Shown here: one piece after another, positions 10,888 to 20,001 of the stretch
Numbering within the stretch: the stretch's first letter is position 1
Layout of the letters: each line of letters opens with the position of its first letter
DNA from: Candidatus Levyibacteriota bacterium
GTDB taxonomy: Bacteria; Patescibacteriota; Microgenomatia; Levybacterales; UBA12049
DNA: 64,000 bases
Assembly (NCBI GenBank): GCA_016204465.1
Contig: JACQKQ010000033.1
Location: forward strand, 858 to 64,857
Direction of reading: 5' to 3'
Notes under the pieces: model-generated
Told to the model about the DNA's origin: nothing
Databases searched by the model: none
The model's input: the letters and a program-made list of their open reading frames with translations, nothing else
Made by a program: the position numbers and the translations under genes

Positions 10888-11295
10888 ATGATGCATGTTT
10901 CACGAAGTGAAGATTACGCTCTCATTTTAGTTCAGTCGCTAACAAAGGCATATAAAAAACGGCTAATTCCTCTGTCTGAAATTGCTAAAAAACATAATCT
11001 TTCGTTACTTTTTTTGCGCAATATTGCAGCAAGTCTCAAGAGAGTGGGTTTTATTACTGCAATAGAGGGAAGAAAGGGGGGCTATAAGCTTCTTAAAGAT
11101 CCAAAATCTATTCAGTTGGGAAATATTATCGAAGCGTCATCAAAAAAAACATTTCTTTCTTGTTGTCAAAAAACAAAAGACGGCAAGTGCCAGGCAAAAA
11201 CATGTCCACATGGATTTTCGCTGCGACGATTGCAAAATCAATTTTTAGAACAAATTTATCATATAAAACTTTCAGAGATTACTAAAAATGCTTAA
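10888..11295 (+). CDS. Rrf2-family transcriptional regulator (IscR/SufR-like), probably Fe-S cluster binding
   Basis: N-terminal wHTH (SEDYALILVQSL...LSEIAKKHNLSLLFLRNIAASLKRVGFI) and a C-terminal Cys cluster (CCQKTKDGKCQAKTCPHG); directly precedes the suf operon. Confidence 0.85.
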   Translation: MMHVSRSEDYALILVQSLTKAYKKRLIPLSEIAKKHNLSLLFLRNIAASLKRVGFITAIEGRKGGYKLLKDPKSIQLGNIIEASSKKTFLSCCQKTKDGKCQAKTCPHGFSLRRLQNQFLEQIYHIKLSEITKNA

Positions 11296-12022
11296 TATTC
11301 AAAATCTTCATGTAACAACGGAAGGCAAAGACATTCTAAAAGGTATTAATCTTTTAATAAAACCTGGCGAAGTGCATGCGATCATGGGGCCAAATGGCGC
11401 TGGAAAAACAACGCTTGCGATGAGCTTGATGGGAAACCCGAATTACCAGTTCAAAATGCAAAATGCAAAATTCAAAATTAACGATAAGAACATGTTCAAA
11501 TTAACTCCAGAGGAACGGGCGAGGGCTGGGCTTTTTGTTTCGTTTCAGCATCCGGTTAGCGTTATCGGTGTTTCAGTTTTGGCGTTTTTGCGTACTGCAT
11601 ACAAAGCGCTTCATCCGCAAAAACCTATTAAGCTTTCCGAGTTCAAGGAGACCGTAAAAAAGTCATTATTGCAAGTAGGTTTACCAGAAGATTTTATGCA
11701 GCGATCAATTAACGAAGGATTTTCTGGTGGAGAGAAAAAGCGCATGGAGATTGTTCAACTACTTGTTCTTAAACCAAGATATGCCATCCTTGATGAAATT
11801 GATTCAGGGCTTGATATTGATAGTCTTCGTATTATTGCCAAAGCTGTGGCAAAGATTGTTAAAAAACAAAAAATGGGGATTTTGCTTATCACCCATTACC
11901 AACGAATTCTCCATTACTTAAAGCCTGATTTCGTTCATGTTCTCAAAGAGGGAAAAATTGCAGCTTCTGACGGCATGGCACTTGTTACCAAAATTGAAAG
12001 GAAGGGTTATGCAACAATTTGA
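11288..12022 (+). CDS. sufC: Fe-S cluster assembly ATPase SufC
   Basis: Walker [14 protein letters not shown] signature FSGGEKKR, Walker B ILDEIDSG. Confidence 0.9.
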   Translation: MLNIQNLHVTTEGKDILKGINLLIKPGEVHAIMGPNGAGKTTLAMSLMGNPNYQFKMQNAKFKINDKNMFKLTPEERARAGLFVSFQHPVSVIGVSVLAFLRTAYKALHPQKPIKLSEFKETVKKSLLQVGLPEDFMQRSINEGFSGGEKKRMEIVQLLVLKPRYAILDEIDSGLDIDSLRIIAKAVAKIVKKQKMGILLITHYQRILHYLKPDFVHVLKEGKIAASDGMALVTKIERKGYATI

Positions 12023-13400
12023 TCTGTCAGGTTATGAATTTGGTTTTCACGACAATATAAAGCCTGTATTTGCAACGAAAAAAGGACTAACAAAAAAAAC
12101 TGTTGAAGAAATTTCGAATATAAAAAACGAGCCGCAATGGATGCAGGATTTTCGCCTTCGTGCCTTAGATATATTCTTTGCCAAAAAAATGCCGATGTGG
12201 GGCAGTGATTTGTCAAGAATTAATTTTGACAATATTTACTACTACGTAAAACCAACTGACAAGCAAGGGAGGACATGGGATGAAGTGCCAATAGAAATTA
12301 AAAATACTTTTGAAAAAATTGGCATTCCCCAAGCAGAGCGAAAGTTTTTGGCAGGCGTTGGCGCGCAGTATGACTCCGAAGTTATTTACCACAGTATCTC
12401 AAAAATGCTTTCAAAAAAAGGCGTTATTTTTGTTGATACGGATACCGCTATTCAAAAATATCCAGAGCTTGTTAAACAGTATTTCGGGAAGGTAATTCCT
12501 GCTGCAGACAATAAATTTGCTGCGCTGAACTCTGCGGTATGGAGTGGCGGATCATTTATTTATGTTCCAAAAGGCGTTCGTGTTGATCTTCCACTGCAAG
12601 CGTACTTTCGAATCAATGCCCGCAACATGGGACAGTTTGAACGAACACTGATTATTGCTGATGAGGGATCATACGTGTCATACATAGAAGGTTGCACGGC
12701 CCCGATTTTTACCACCAATTCGCTCCATGCTGCGGTTGTTGAAATTATAGTGAAAAAAGGCGCACGAGTGCGTTACACGACTGTGCAGAATTGGAGTAAG
12801 AATGTCTACAACCTTGTGACAAAACGAATGTTTATTGAGGAGGAAGGATTTGGCGAATGGATTGACGGTAATCTTGGTTCACAATTAACCATGAAATATC
12901 CATCGGTGTACTTAAAGGGCCGAAAGGCGCGAGGAGAAGTTCTCTCTTTAGCATTTGCAGGAAAAGGGCAGCATCAGGATGCGGGCGGAAAAGCAATCCA
13001 TTTAGCACCAGAAACAAGCTCCGTCATAACATCTAAATCAGTCAGTAAAGACGGCGGTCGTACCTCATATCGAGGCATGCTTAAGGTTGTTAAAGGAGCA
13101 GAAAACAGTAAGTCAACGGTTCGTTGCGATGCGCTTATCTTAGACGATAAGAGCCGTGCCGATACGTACCCGACAATGGATATTGACGAAGAACGAGTAA
13201 CGATTGGACACGAAGCATCAGTATCAAAAATCGGCGAAGAGCAACTTTTCTATTTCCAATCCCGCGGTATTTCCCAAGTACTGGCCGAAGTAATGATTGT
13301 GAATGGTTTTGTTGAGCCGATTGTTCGCGAGTTGCCCATGGAATATGCAGTAGAACTAAATCGACTAATTCAGCTTGAGATGACTGGAGCGGTCGGATAG
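12009..13400 (+). CDS. sufB: Fe-S cluster assembly protein SufB
   Basis: In-frame ATG at 12009 ([13 protein letters not shown]) and conserved SufB C-terminal beta-helix region ([10 protein letters not shown]...MIVNGF). Confidence 0.85.
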   Translation: MQQFDLSGYEFGFHDNIKPVFATKKGLTKKTVEEISNIKNEPQWMQDFRLRALDIFFAKKMPMWGSDLSRINFDNIYYYVKPTDKQGRTWDEVPIEIKNTFEKIGIPQAERKFLAGVGAQYDSEVIYHSISKMLSKKGVIFVDTDTAIQKYPELVKQYFGKVIPAADNKFAALNSAVWSGGSFIYVPKGVRVDLPLQAYFRINARNMGQFERTLIIADEGSYVSYIEGCTAPIFTTNSLHAAVVEIIVKKGARVRYTTVQNWSKNVYNLVTKRMFIEEEGFGEWIDGNLGSQLTMKYPSVYLKGRKARGEVLSLAFAGKGQHQDAGGKAIHLAPETSSVITSKSVSKDGGRTSYRGMLKVVKGAENSKSTVRCDALILDDKSRADTYPTMDIDEERVTIGHEASVSKIGEEQLFYFQSRGISQVLAEVMIVNGFVEPIVRELPMEYAVELNRLIQLEMTGAVG

Positions 13401-13438
13401 GAAATTAAAAAATCAAAAATTAAAAGGCAAAATGACAT

Positions 13439-14008
13439 ATGCAAAATATAGAAATTGTTATAAAAAAGAATGAAAATAAAGTTTTCCCCTTTGTTTGGAT
13501 CAATAGTGACGAAGAAGAGGTAGTAATTGATGCACGTTTGGTTGGGGAGGGGGCAAGACTTTCAATTATCGGAATTTTTGTCGGGGCTGACCAAAAACAT
13601 ATCACGTTTAATACAAACATCGTCCATGAAGCAAAAAATACATATAGCAGAACAACGCTTCGTGGAGTCTTTAAGGATCATAGTGTTTTTAGCAATGATG
13701 GATTAGTCCGAATCAACAAAGGCGCGAAAGGAGCGGATGGGTTTTTTGATTCAAAAGTACTGCTTTTCGATGATGCAAAAGGGCGAAGTGTTCCATCGCT
13801 TGAGATTGATGAAAACGAATTAAAAGCAGGTCATGCGTCAACCGTTGGCAGGCCGGATGCAGAGCAAATATTTTATTTACGAAGCAGAGGACTGTCCGAA
13901 GAAGAAGCAGAGAAGCTCATTGTTTCGGGGTTTTTTACACCTATTTTGAAACAATTCTCAAAAGATAAGCAACTACAATTATCAAAACGAATAGAAGAAA
14001 TGTTATGA
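13439..14008 (+). CDS. sufD: short SufD-like Fe-S assembly protein
   Basis: C-terminal SufB/D family region (IFYLRSRGLSEEEAEKLIVSGFF); a 189-aa short form. Confidence 0.6.
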   Translation: MQNIEIVIKKNENKVFPFVWINSDEEEVVIDARLVGEGARLSIIGIFVGADQKHITFNTNIVHEAKNTYSRTTLRGVFKDHSVFSNDGLVRINKGAKGADGFFDSKVLLFDDAKGRSVPSLEIDENELKAGHASTVGRPDAEQIFYLRSRGLSEEEAEKLIVSGFFTPILKQFSKDKQLQLSKRIEEML

Positions 14009-15225
14009 AAAACCATAAAAAAGATTTTCCTATTTTCCAAAACAATCCAGACCTCATTTATTTAGATTCTGCGGCAACGAGCCAAAAGCCAAGGGTCGTT
14101 TTGGATGCAATAAATGAGTATTATACTTCGTATAACGCAAACATAAAGCGGGGGATATACCCAATTGCGGAGAAAGCGACCGCAAAAGTGGAGGAAGTAA
14201 GAAAAAAAGTTGCGCAATTTATTAACGCGAAGTCTAAAGATGAGATTATTTTTGTCCGTAATGCGACAGAAGCAATTAATCTTGTCGCATACTCTCTTGC
14301 GAGCACATCCGCCAGCTGGCGGATTTCAAGAGGGGATACAATTGCGACAACTATTATGGAGCACCACTCAAATTTTGTACCTTGGCAACAACTCGCCATT
14401 CAAAAAAATGCTGATTTTCTAGTACTGGATATCGATCAGAATTTCAAATTTCAAATATCAAATTTCAAATATCAAATAAAAAACGCCAAAATTTTGGCAA
14501 TAACGCACGTCTCCAATGTTCTTGGCACAATAAATCCGCTCAAAAAAATGATCAATGATTTACGAACAGTGAACGCTGATCTCATCATTCTTGTTGATGC
14601 GGCGCAGTCGGTGCCGCATATGAGCGTTGATGTGCAGGATTTGGATTGCGATTTTTTGGTGTTTTCAGGGCACAAAATGATGGCGGCAACAGGGATCGGT
14701 GTTCTTTACGGCAAGAAAACGCTGCTTTCAAAAATGCAGCCGTTTTTGTACGGCGGTGAAATGATTCGCGAAGTAACTATTCAAAATACGTCATTTGCAA
14801 AGCTTCCACACAAATTTGAGGCTGGAACGCCGGATATTGCTGGCATTGTAAGCTTAGGCGCTGCAATTGAGTACTTAAATAGTACGGGTATAGAAAATGT
14901 TCTAAAACACGAGATTATGCTCATAAAATATGCATTAGAGCAATTAAAAAATATGCAAGAACTCACTATTTACGGATCTACAAATGCTCGTAAGCGAGGG
15001 GGGGTAATATCGTTCAATCTCAAAGGAATTCACCCTCACGACGTTGCGCAAATTTTAGGAGAAATGGAAATTTGTATTCGCGCCGGCCACCACTGCGCAA
15101 TGCCTTTGCACAACCGCTTAGGAATTCCGGCATCCGCGCGCATTAGTTTCTATATTTACAATGAAGAGCAAGATATAGATAAATTTGTTAATGGATTACA
15201 AAAGGTTCAAAAAATGTTTAGATAA
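14005..15225 (+). CDS. sufS: cysteine desulfurase SufS
   Basis: PLP-lysine motif FSGHKMMAATGIGVLYGK, AITHVSNVLG, active-site RAGHHCA. Confidence 0.9.
   Translation: MKNHKKDFPIFQNNPDLIYLDSAATSQKPRVVLDAINEYYTSYNANIKRGIYPIAEKATAKVEEVRKKVAQFINAKSKDEIIFVRNATEAINLVAYSLASTSASWRISRGDTIATTIMEHHSNFVPWQQLAIQKNADFLVLDIDQNFKFQISNFKYQIKNAKILAITHVSNVLGTINPLKKMINDLRTVNADLIILVDAAQSVPHMSVDVQDLDCDFLVFSGHKMMAATGIGVLYGKKTLLSKMQPFLYGGEMIREVTIQNTSFAKLPHKFEAGTPDIAGIVSLGAAIEYLNSTGIENVLKHEIMLIKYALEQLKNMQELTIYGSTNARKRGGVISFNLKGIHPHDVAQILGEMEICIRAGHHCAMPLHNRLGIPASARISFYIYNEEQDIDKFVNGLQKVQKMFR
14443..14477 (+). repeat. 5 x 7-nt tandem repeat (TTCAAAT/ATCAAAT) inside sufS
   Basis: Perfect heptamer periodicity; encodes NFKFQISNFKYQIKN. 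Confidence 0.8.
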
Positions 15226-15231
15226 AAGATT

Positions 15232-15612
15232 ATGGATTTTTCGAAGATATACAGAGAAGAAATTTTGGAGCACTATAAAGAGCCGCTGAATTTTGGAACA
15301 CTCGAAGATTTTGATATGACATCGCGACAGTTTAATCCTTTTTGCGGCGATGAGATTGTGATCTTCGTTACATTTCAGAATGATAAAATTAGCGATATTC
15401 GATTTCAGGGAAAAGGGTGCGCAATAAGTGTTGCCGCGGCGTCAATGCTTACCGAACACGCAAAAGGAAGATCGAAAGAGGAGTTGACAAAATTTACAGA
15501 AGACGATATGCTAAGCCTAATTGGGATAGATGTTTCAGAGACCCGTAAGAAGTGTGTGTTTTTAGCGTTGGGAGTGTTAAAAGATTGTTTAGTGCAAAAT
15601 GCAAAATTTTAA
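15232..15612 (+). CDS. sufU: SufU/IscU-like Fe-S scaffold (NifU N-terminal family)
   Basis: Conserved cysteines at CGDEI, GKGCAISVAAASM and KKCVFLALG. Confidence 0.75.
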   Translation: MDFSKIYREEILEHYKEPLNFGTLEDFDMTSRQFNPFCGDEIVIFVTFQNDKISDIRFQGKGCAISVAAASMLTEHAKGRSKEELTKFTEDDMLSLIGIDVSETRKKCVFLALGVLKDCLVQNAKF

Positions 15613-15660
15613 TTTTTATTTGTATTTTTGATTTTTAATATTTAATTTTTGATTTTTTTT
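15593..15660 (+). repeat. period-7 tract (TGCAAAA x2, then TTTTAAT-like units) spanning the sufU stop and the sufU-ferredoxin spacer
   Basis: Read from the sequence. Confidence 0.55.
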
Positions 15661-15663
15661 ACT

Positions 15664-15936
15664 ATGGCATTAAAAGTAAAAGTTGATCGAAATTTGTGCA
15701 TTGGAGCAGCCTCTTGTGTTGCAGTTGCACCAAATACGTTTGAGCTTGACAGCGAAGGCAAGGCAGTGATTAAGAAAAAGGACGGTACGACTACCTCTGA
15801 TTTTGTCAATTATAGTGAGATTAACGACAACGAAACTAACATTGAACACGCTGCAAAATCGTGCCCTGTGAATGCAATTATCATTGTTGAGGTGGATGAG
15901 CAAGGTAATGAAGTCCGCCAAGTCTGGCCTTCCTAA
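15664..15936 (+). CDS. 4Fe-4S ferredoxin
   Basis: CIGAASCVAVAPNTF and C-terminal CPVNAI motifs; start taken at the ATG at 15664 (MALKVKVD). Confidence 0.7.
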   Translation: MALKVKVDRNLCIGAASCVAVAPNTFELDSEGKAVIKKKDGTTTSDFVNYSEINDNETNIEHAAKSCPVNAIIIVEVDEQGNEVRQVWPS

Positions 15937-15999
15937 TCATGGCGTGCGCTTTGGTCGCCCACAAAAATTTTCTTGTCTTTTTGCTCGGGTCCTGTCTAC

Positions 16000-16025
16000 T
16001 TGCTCCTCGAAAAATGTGGTAAAAT
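16000..16025 (+). promoter_or_regulatory. candidate promoter with extended -10 (TTGCTC ... TGgTAAAAT) about 7 nt upstream of the korA GTG start (possible leaderless transcript)
   Basis: Read from the sequence. Confidence 0.3.
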
Positions 16026-16031
16026 AGAAGT

Positions 16032-17771
16032 GTGAGCGATATTCAGTGGTTGATTGGTGGCGAGGCAGGGTACGGCATCATGACAACAGGGGTTATGATG
16101 TCGAAAATCTTTACCCGTTTGGGATTTTCGGTGTTTGATTATGTCGAGTATCCGTCGCTTATTCGCGGTGGACATAATGCATACTATGTTCGAGGTTCTG
16201 ACGAACAAATCTACTCACAAAAACAGCCGGTTGATATTTTGGTCGCACTCAACAGAGAAACAATTGATAAACACAAGCACGAACTAACTCCCGCTGCCAA
16301 AGTCGTGTTCGATCCAAACTTCACAAAGGTAGAGGCGAATGAATTCCCTGCTGGCATTGTTCAAATCCCTGTTCCTTTTTTAGAAATCACAAAGCAACTA
16401 AATGTTGATAGGCTTATGATCAACACCGTTGCTGTTGGTGCGTCCTTAGCGCTTTTTTACAATGATTACGCAGTTCTAGAGAAAATTATGCGGGATGTAT
16501 TTGGCAGAAAAGGGGAAAAAGTAGTTTCGGAAAATGTGAATACATCGAAAGCTGGGTTTGATTATGTACTCAAAAACTTTGCTTTAGCATGCACGTCGGT
16601 TGCAAAAAAACAGCAAGAAAACTTACTTTTGGGTGGTTCTGAAGCAATTGCCTTAGGCGCAATAAGGGCGGGGCTTAAATTTGCAGCAATTTATCCTATG
16701 ACACCTATTAATGGCGTTTTGACAACGCTTGCAGCGTATGCGCTCAAGTACAACATTATTGTTAAAGAACCGGAAGATGAGATTGCCGGTATAAATATGG
16801 CAATTGGCGCGTCGTTTGCAGGCGTTAGAAGTATGGCAGCAACAAGCGGCGGCGGATTTTCATTAATGGTAGAAGGTTTAGGGCTTGCTGCCCAAACAGA
16901 AGTGCCGTTAGTTGTTATAGAAGGGATGCGGCCGGGGCCGGCAACCGGTATGCCAACGTGGACAGAGCAAGGTGATCTTCGCTTTGTCTTGCACGCAGCG
17001 CAGGGAGATTTTCCAAGAATTGTTGTTGCTCCGGGAGATATTTTTGAAGAGTTTACTTTTACAATGGACGCGTTTAATCTGGCTGAAAAATACCAATTGC
17101 CGGTTATTGTTCTAACAGATAAATATCTTAACGAAGGTCATGCAACAATTAAAAGCGAAGAGCTAAAAGCGAAAAGCGAAAAATATGTAATTCAGCGAGG
17201 GAAAATGCTCACAGATCAAGAACTCGCTAGTCAAACAGATTATAAACGATATGCATTTGTCGAAGATGGCATATCGCCTCGAAGTTTGCCAGGCCAGCAA
17301 GGTGGAATCGGGCTTACTGGTTCCGATGAGCACGATGAGCACGGGCTTTACAACGAAGAATCAGAAGTACGTATTAAAATGATGGATAAGCGGTTTAAAA
17401 AATTAGAAATGGCAACTGCAGAAATTTCTCAACCAGTAATGCACGGTTCAAAAGAAGCGCCATTGACTATTTTTGCTTTTGGCTCAACAAAATTACCACT
17501 TCTTGAAGCAATGCAGTGGCTTGCAAAAGAAAATATTTTGGTAAACTTTGTTCAAGTAGTATTCATTTCGCCATTCCCAACAGAGTACGTAGCCAAAGCG
17601 ATACAATCTGCAAAAAAGACAATGGTAATTGAAGGCAATAAAACAGGCCAATTTGAAGGGTTAATTAGAGAGTATACAGGTTTATCAGTCAATCACCATT
17701 TCCGAAAATACGACGGCCGGCCGTTTTACCCAGAAGAAATCGTTGCGAAAGTGAAGGAGGTTTTGAAGTAA
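16032..17771 (+). CDS. korA: 2-oxoacid:ferredoxin oxidoreductase alpha subunit (KorA/PorA-type)
   Basis: GTG start; 579-aa subunit whose stop overlaps the beta-subunit start (TAATG). Confidence 0.8.
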   Translation: MSDIQWLIGGEAGYGIMTTGVMMSKIFTRLGFSVFDYVEYPSLIRGGHNAYYVRGSDEQIYSQKQPVDILVALNRETIDKHKHELTPAAKVVFDPNFTKVEANEFPAGIVQIPVPFLEITKQLNVDRLMINTVAVGASLALFYNDYAVLEKIMRDVFGRKGEKVVSENVNTSKAGFDYVLKNFALACTSVAKKQQENLLLGGSEAIALGAIRAGLKFAAIYPMTPINGVLTTLAAYALKYNIIVKEPEDEIAGINMAIGASFAGVRSMAATSGGGFSLMVEGLGLAAQTEVPLVVIEGMRPGPATGMPTWTEQGDLRFVLHAAQGDFPRIVVAPGDIFEEFTFTMDAFNLAEKYQLPVIVLTDKYLNEGHATIKSEELKAKSEKYVIQRGKMLTDQELASQTDYKRYAFVEDGISPRSLPGQQGGIGLTGSDEHDEHGLYNEESEVRIKMMDKRFKKLEMATAEISQPVMHGSKEAPLTIFAFGSTKLPLLEAMQWLAKENILVNFVQVVFISPFPTEYVAKAIQSAKKTMVIEGNKTGQFEGLIREYTGLSVNHHFRKYDGRPFYPEEIVAKVKEVLK

Positions 17772-19762
17772 TGCCAACGACATTAAAAGATTTAGAGATT
17801 ACCTACGACAAGCCAAACTGGTGTCCGGGGTGTGTTGTGCCAAACACGTTTATTCAAACAAACCCGTCTGCGACGCTTGTTGCAAATATCAAAAAAAACG
17901 ATAAAGTAATTGCAAGCGATGGTAAGACCCATGTCGTAACAGAAACGATGAGCCACATACACAACGGCGTTGTGTACCAATTAGTCTCAAAGTACTTTGG
18001 AGAAACGACGCTAACCCAAGAACATCCAGTACTTGCTGTTCGGCGAAAATATCGTAAGTTGCAAAATATTGAGTTTAAGTCCGAATGGATTGAGGCAGGA
18101 GAACTTCAAGCTGGAGATTACCTTCTTTATCCAATCCTAAAAGAGACAAGAAACATTCAGACAATAAACCTTTCGTACGTTAGAAAAACAAAAGATACCA
18201 AGGGCAAGATACTCCCAAAACAAATTGTTCTTTCCAATAGCTTTTTGCGCCTCTGCGGTTATTATATTGCCGAAGGATATGTCCACAGACGATCTATCAA
18301 TCTTACCTTCCATATAAAAGAGCAAGAGTATGCAGACGATGTTATACAAATTATGGAAGAAATCTTTAATCTTTCTAGTAAAAAAGTTTTAAGAAAAGGC
18401 AAACAAACCGTCGACCTATCTTTTAATTCTTCCTATCTTTCCGAGTTTTTTGAAGAATGGTTTGGTAAAGGAGCTATTGCGAAAAAAATTCCTGATTTCT
18501 TAATGTTTTTGCCAAAAGAAAAGCAAGGAGAGCTTATAAAAGGATTATGGCGAGGGGATGGCTGGGTAAGCCAGAAAACACATAGGGCAAGTTTTAAAAC
18601 AATTTCTAAAGTTTTATGCGAGCAAGTAAAAGTCCTGCTTCTTCGCTTTGGTATTTTACCAATAATAAGTGTCTACAAAGCCTATGGCATGCATAAAATG
18701 TCGTATGCAATACAACTAAGAGATCCATACGACTTTTCTCTTCTTGCCAAAATTTTAAGCATGGAAGACAACATAGTTGTCGCTTCAAGAACAAGAAATC
18801 TCATAACTTCTGATTTTGCGTTTCTACCAATTAAAAAAATTGAAAAGAAAAAATATAAAGGACCGGTCTATAACATGGAAGTTGAAACAGAAAATGCCTA
18901 TGTTTCCGAGAATGCAATTTTGCACAATTGCGGCGATTTCGGCGTGTGGGTATCAATAAAAAACGCCATTGTGCAACTTGGCCTTAACCCATGGGAGGTG
19001 GTACTTGTGTCTGGTATTGGCTGTTCAGGGAAATTGCCCTATTGGGTAAAAACGTACGGATTCAATGGTTTGCATGGTAGGCCAATGCCGCCGGCCGAGG
19101 CGATCAAGCTTGCAAACCACGGCTTAACAGTAATTGTTATTGGCGGTGACGGCGATCAATACAGTGAAGGCGCAAATCACCTCATCCATGCGATGCGCCG
19201 CAATATTAATATCACACTTATTGTTCACAATAATCAAATCTACGGTCTCACAACCGGCCAGTATTCGCCAACTACCGACATTGGAGAGAAAAACAAAACA
19301 ACACCCGTGCCAACGGTTGAGGCGCCGGTGAATCCAATGTCTTTGGCTCTTGCAGCAGGAGCTACGTTTGTCGCGCGTGGGTTTGCTGGAGATAACAAGC
19401 AAGAAACAGAGCTTATTGTTGCTGGTATCAAACATAAAGGGTTTTCGATTATTGACACCATGCAGCCGTGCGTTACATTTAACCACAAAAACACCTTTTC
19501 ATGGTTTTATGAGCGCGTCTACAAAGTAGAAGCGCAAGGACATGATCCAAAAAACAAACAAAAAGCGTTTGCGTTGGCCGAACAATGGCCGCTGCGTGCA
19601 CCACTCAAAGAAGGCGAAAAAGAACATATTCCAACGGGCATTCTTTTTCAAGAAGATCGTCCAACATGGGAAGACGGCATTCCGCAAATTAGCCAAACGC
19701 CGCTTGTGAAACAGCCGCTTCAAAACATTGACATTTTACCAATCCTCAAAGACTTAGCATAA
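17771..19762 (+). CDS. korB: 2-oxoacid:ferredoxin oxidoreductase beta subunit (TPP-binding), interrupted by a 366-aa intein with LAGLIDADG homing endonuclease
   Basis: Exteins give the canonical WCPG|CGDFG TPP-subunit motif once residues 21-386 are removed. The insert has intein blocks: N-terminal Cys, block B TLTQEH, LAGLIDADG-like LCGYYIAEGYV and LIKGLWRGDGWVS, a VYNMEVE block and terminal HN followed by Cys+1. Confidence 0.85.
   Translation: MPTTLKDLEITYDKPNWCPGCVVPNTFIQTNPSATLVANIKKNDKVIASDGKTHVVTETMSHIHNGVVYQLVSKYFGETTLTQEHPVLAVRRKYRKLQNIEFKSEWIEAGELQAGDYLLYPILKETRNIQTINLSYVRKTKDTKGKILPKQIVLSNSFLRLCGYYIAEGYVHRRSINLTFHIKEQEYADDVIQIMEEIFNLSSKKVLRKGKQTVDLSFNSSYLSEFFEEWFGKGAIAKKIPDFLMFLPKEKQGELIKGLWRGDGWVSQKTHRASFKTISKVLCEQVKVLLLRFGILPIISVYKAYGMHKMSYAIQLRDPYDFSLLAKILSMEDNIVVASRTRNLITSDFAFLPIKKIEKKKYKGPVYNMEVETENAYVSENAILHNCGDFGVWVSIKNAIVQLGLNPWEVVLVSGIGCSGKLPYWVKTYGFNGLHGRPMPPAEAIKLANHGLTVIVIGGDGDQYSEGANHLIHAMRRNINITLIVHNNQIYGLTTGQYSPTTDIGEKNKTTPVPTVEAPVNPMSLALAAGATFVARGFAGDNKQETELIVAGIKHKGFSIIDTMQPCVTFNHKNTFSWFYERVYKVEAQGHDPKNKQKAFALAEQWPLRAPLKEGEKEHIPTGILFQEDRPTWEDGIPQISQTPLVKQPLQNIDILPILKDLA
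17831..18928 (+). mobile_element. intein with LAGLIDADG homing endonuclease domain, inserted in korB at the CPGC|GDFG motif
   Basis: Starts with Cys (CVVPNTF...), ends ...ENAILHN, followed by extein Cys. Boundaries computed from the ORF frame: 1098 nt = 366 aa. Confidence 0.8.
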
Positions 19763-19791
19763 AAATCCCCCACGTTTCGTGAGGGATTTTT
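19762..19791. terminator. bidirectional intrinsic terminator hairpin between korB (+) and the small zinc-ribbon gene (-)
   Basis: AAAATCCCCCACG-TTT-CGTGAGGGATTTT stem-loop, flanked by an A-run upstream and a T-run downstream. Confidence 0.6.
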
Positions 19792-19836
19792 TATGTCTTG
19801 AAGACAAATTTTTCCGATCGATCGGATCTTCAAGTA

Positions 19837-19980
19837 TTAGGCTGCTCCAATCTTATACATACCTGTGCCGCAGACTGGACACTTGCCTTTCATTGCCGGT
19901 TTACCATTTTTCATGGTAACTTTTACGGCATTTGGATCGTCTCGTTTTGCTCGACATTTCACGCAATACATGGATGCCAT
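19837..19980 (-). CDS. small zinc-ribbon protein (DUF5679-like), absent from the ORF track because it is shorter than 60 aa
   Basis: The reverse strand encodes MASMYCVKCRAKRDDPNAVKVTMKNGKPAMKGKCPVCGTGMYKIGAA (47 aa) with two CxxC pairs. It resembles the small conserved zinc-ribbon family common in Patescibacteria and Actinobacteria. Coordinates may be off by about 1 nt. Confidence 0.5.
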   Translation of the reverse strand: MASMYCVKCRAKRDDPNAVKVTMKNGKPAMKGKCPVCGTGMYKIGAA

Positions 19981-20001
19981 GCTATACTTCACCCCCTTCC
20001 G

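Noticed and set aside
17771-19762. korB as a fusion with an unrelated endonuclease gene or a frameshifted pair of genes
   Set aside because: It is a single uninterrupted frame. The extra segment is bounded precisely by intein splice-junction residues (Cys1 ... HN/Cys+1), and the flanks reconstitute the conserved motif, so it is an intein rather than a gene fusion.
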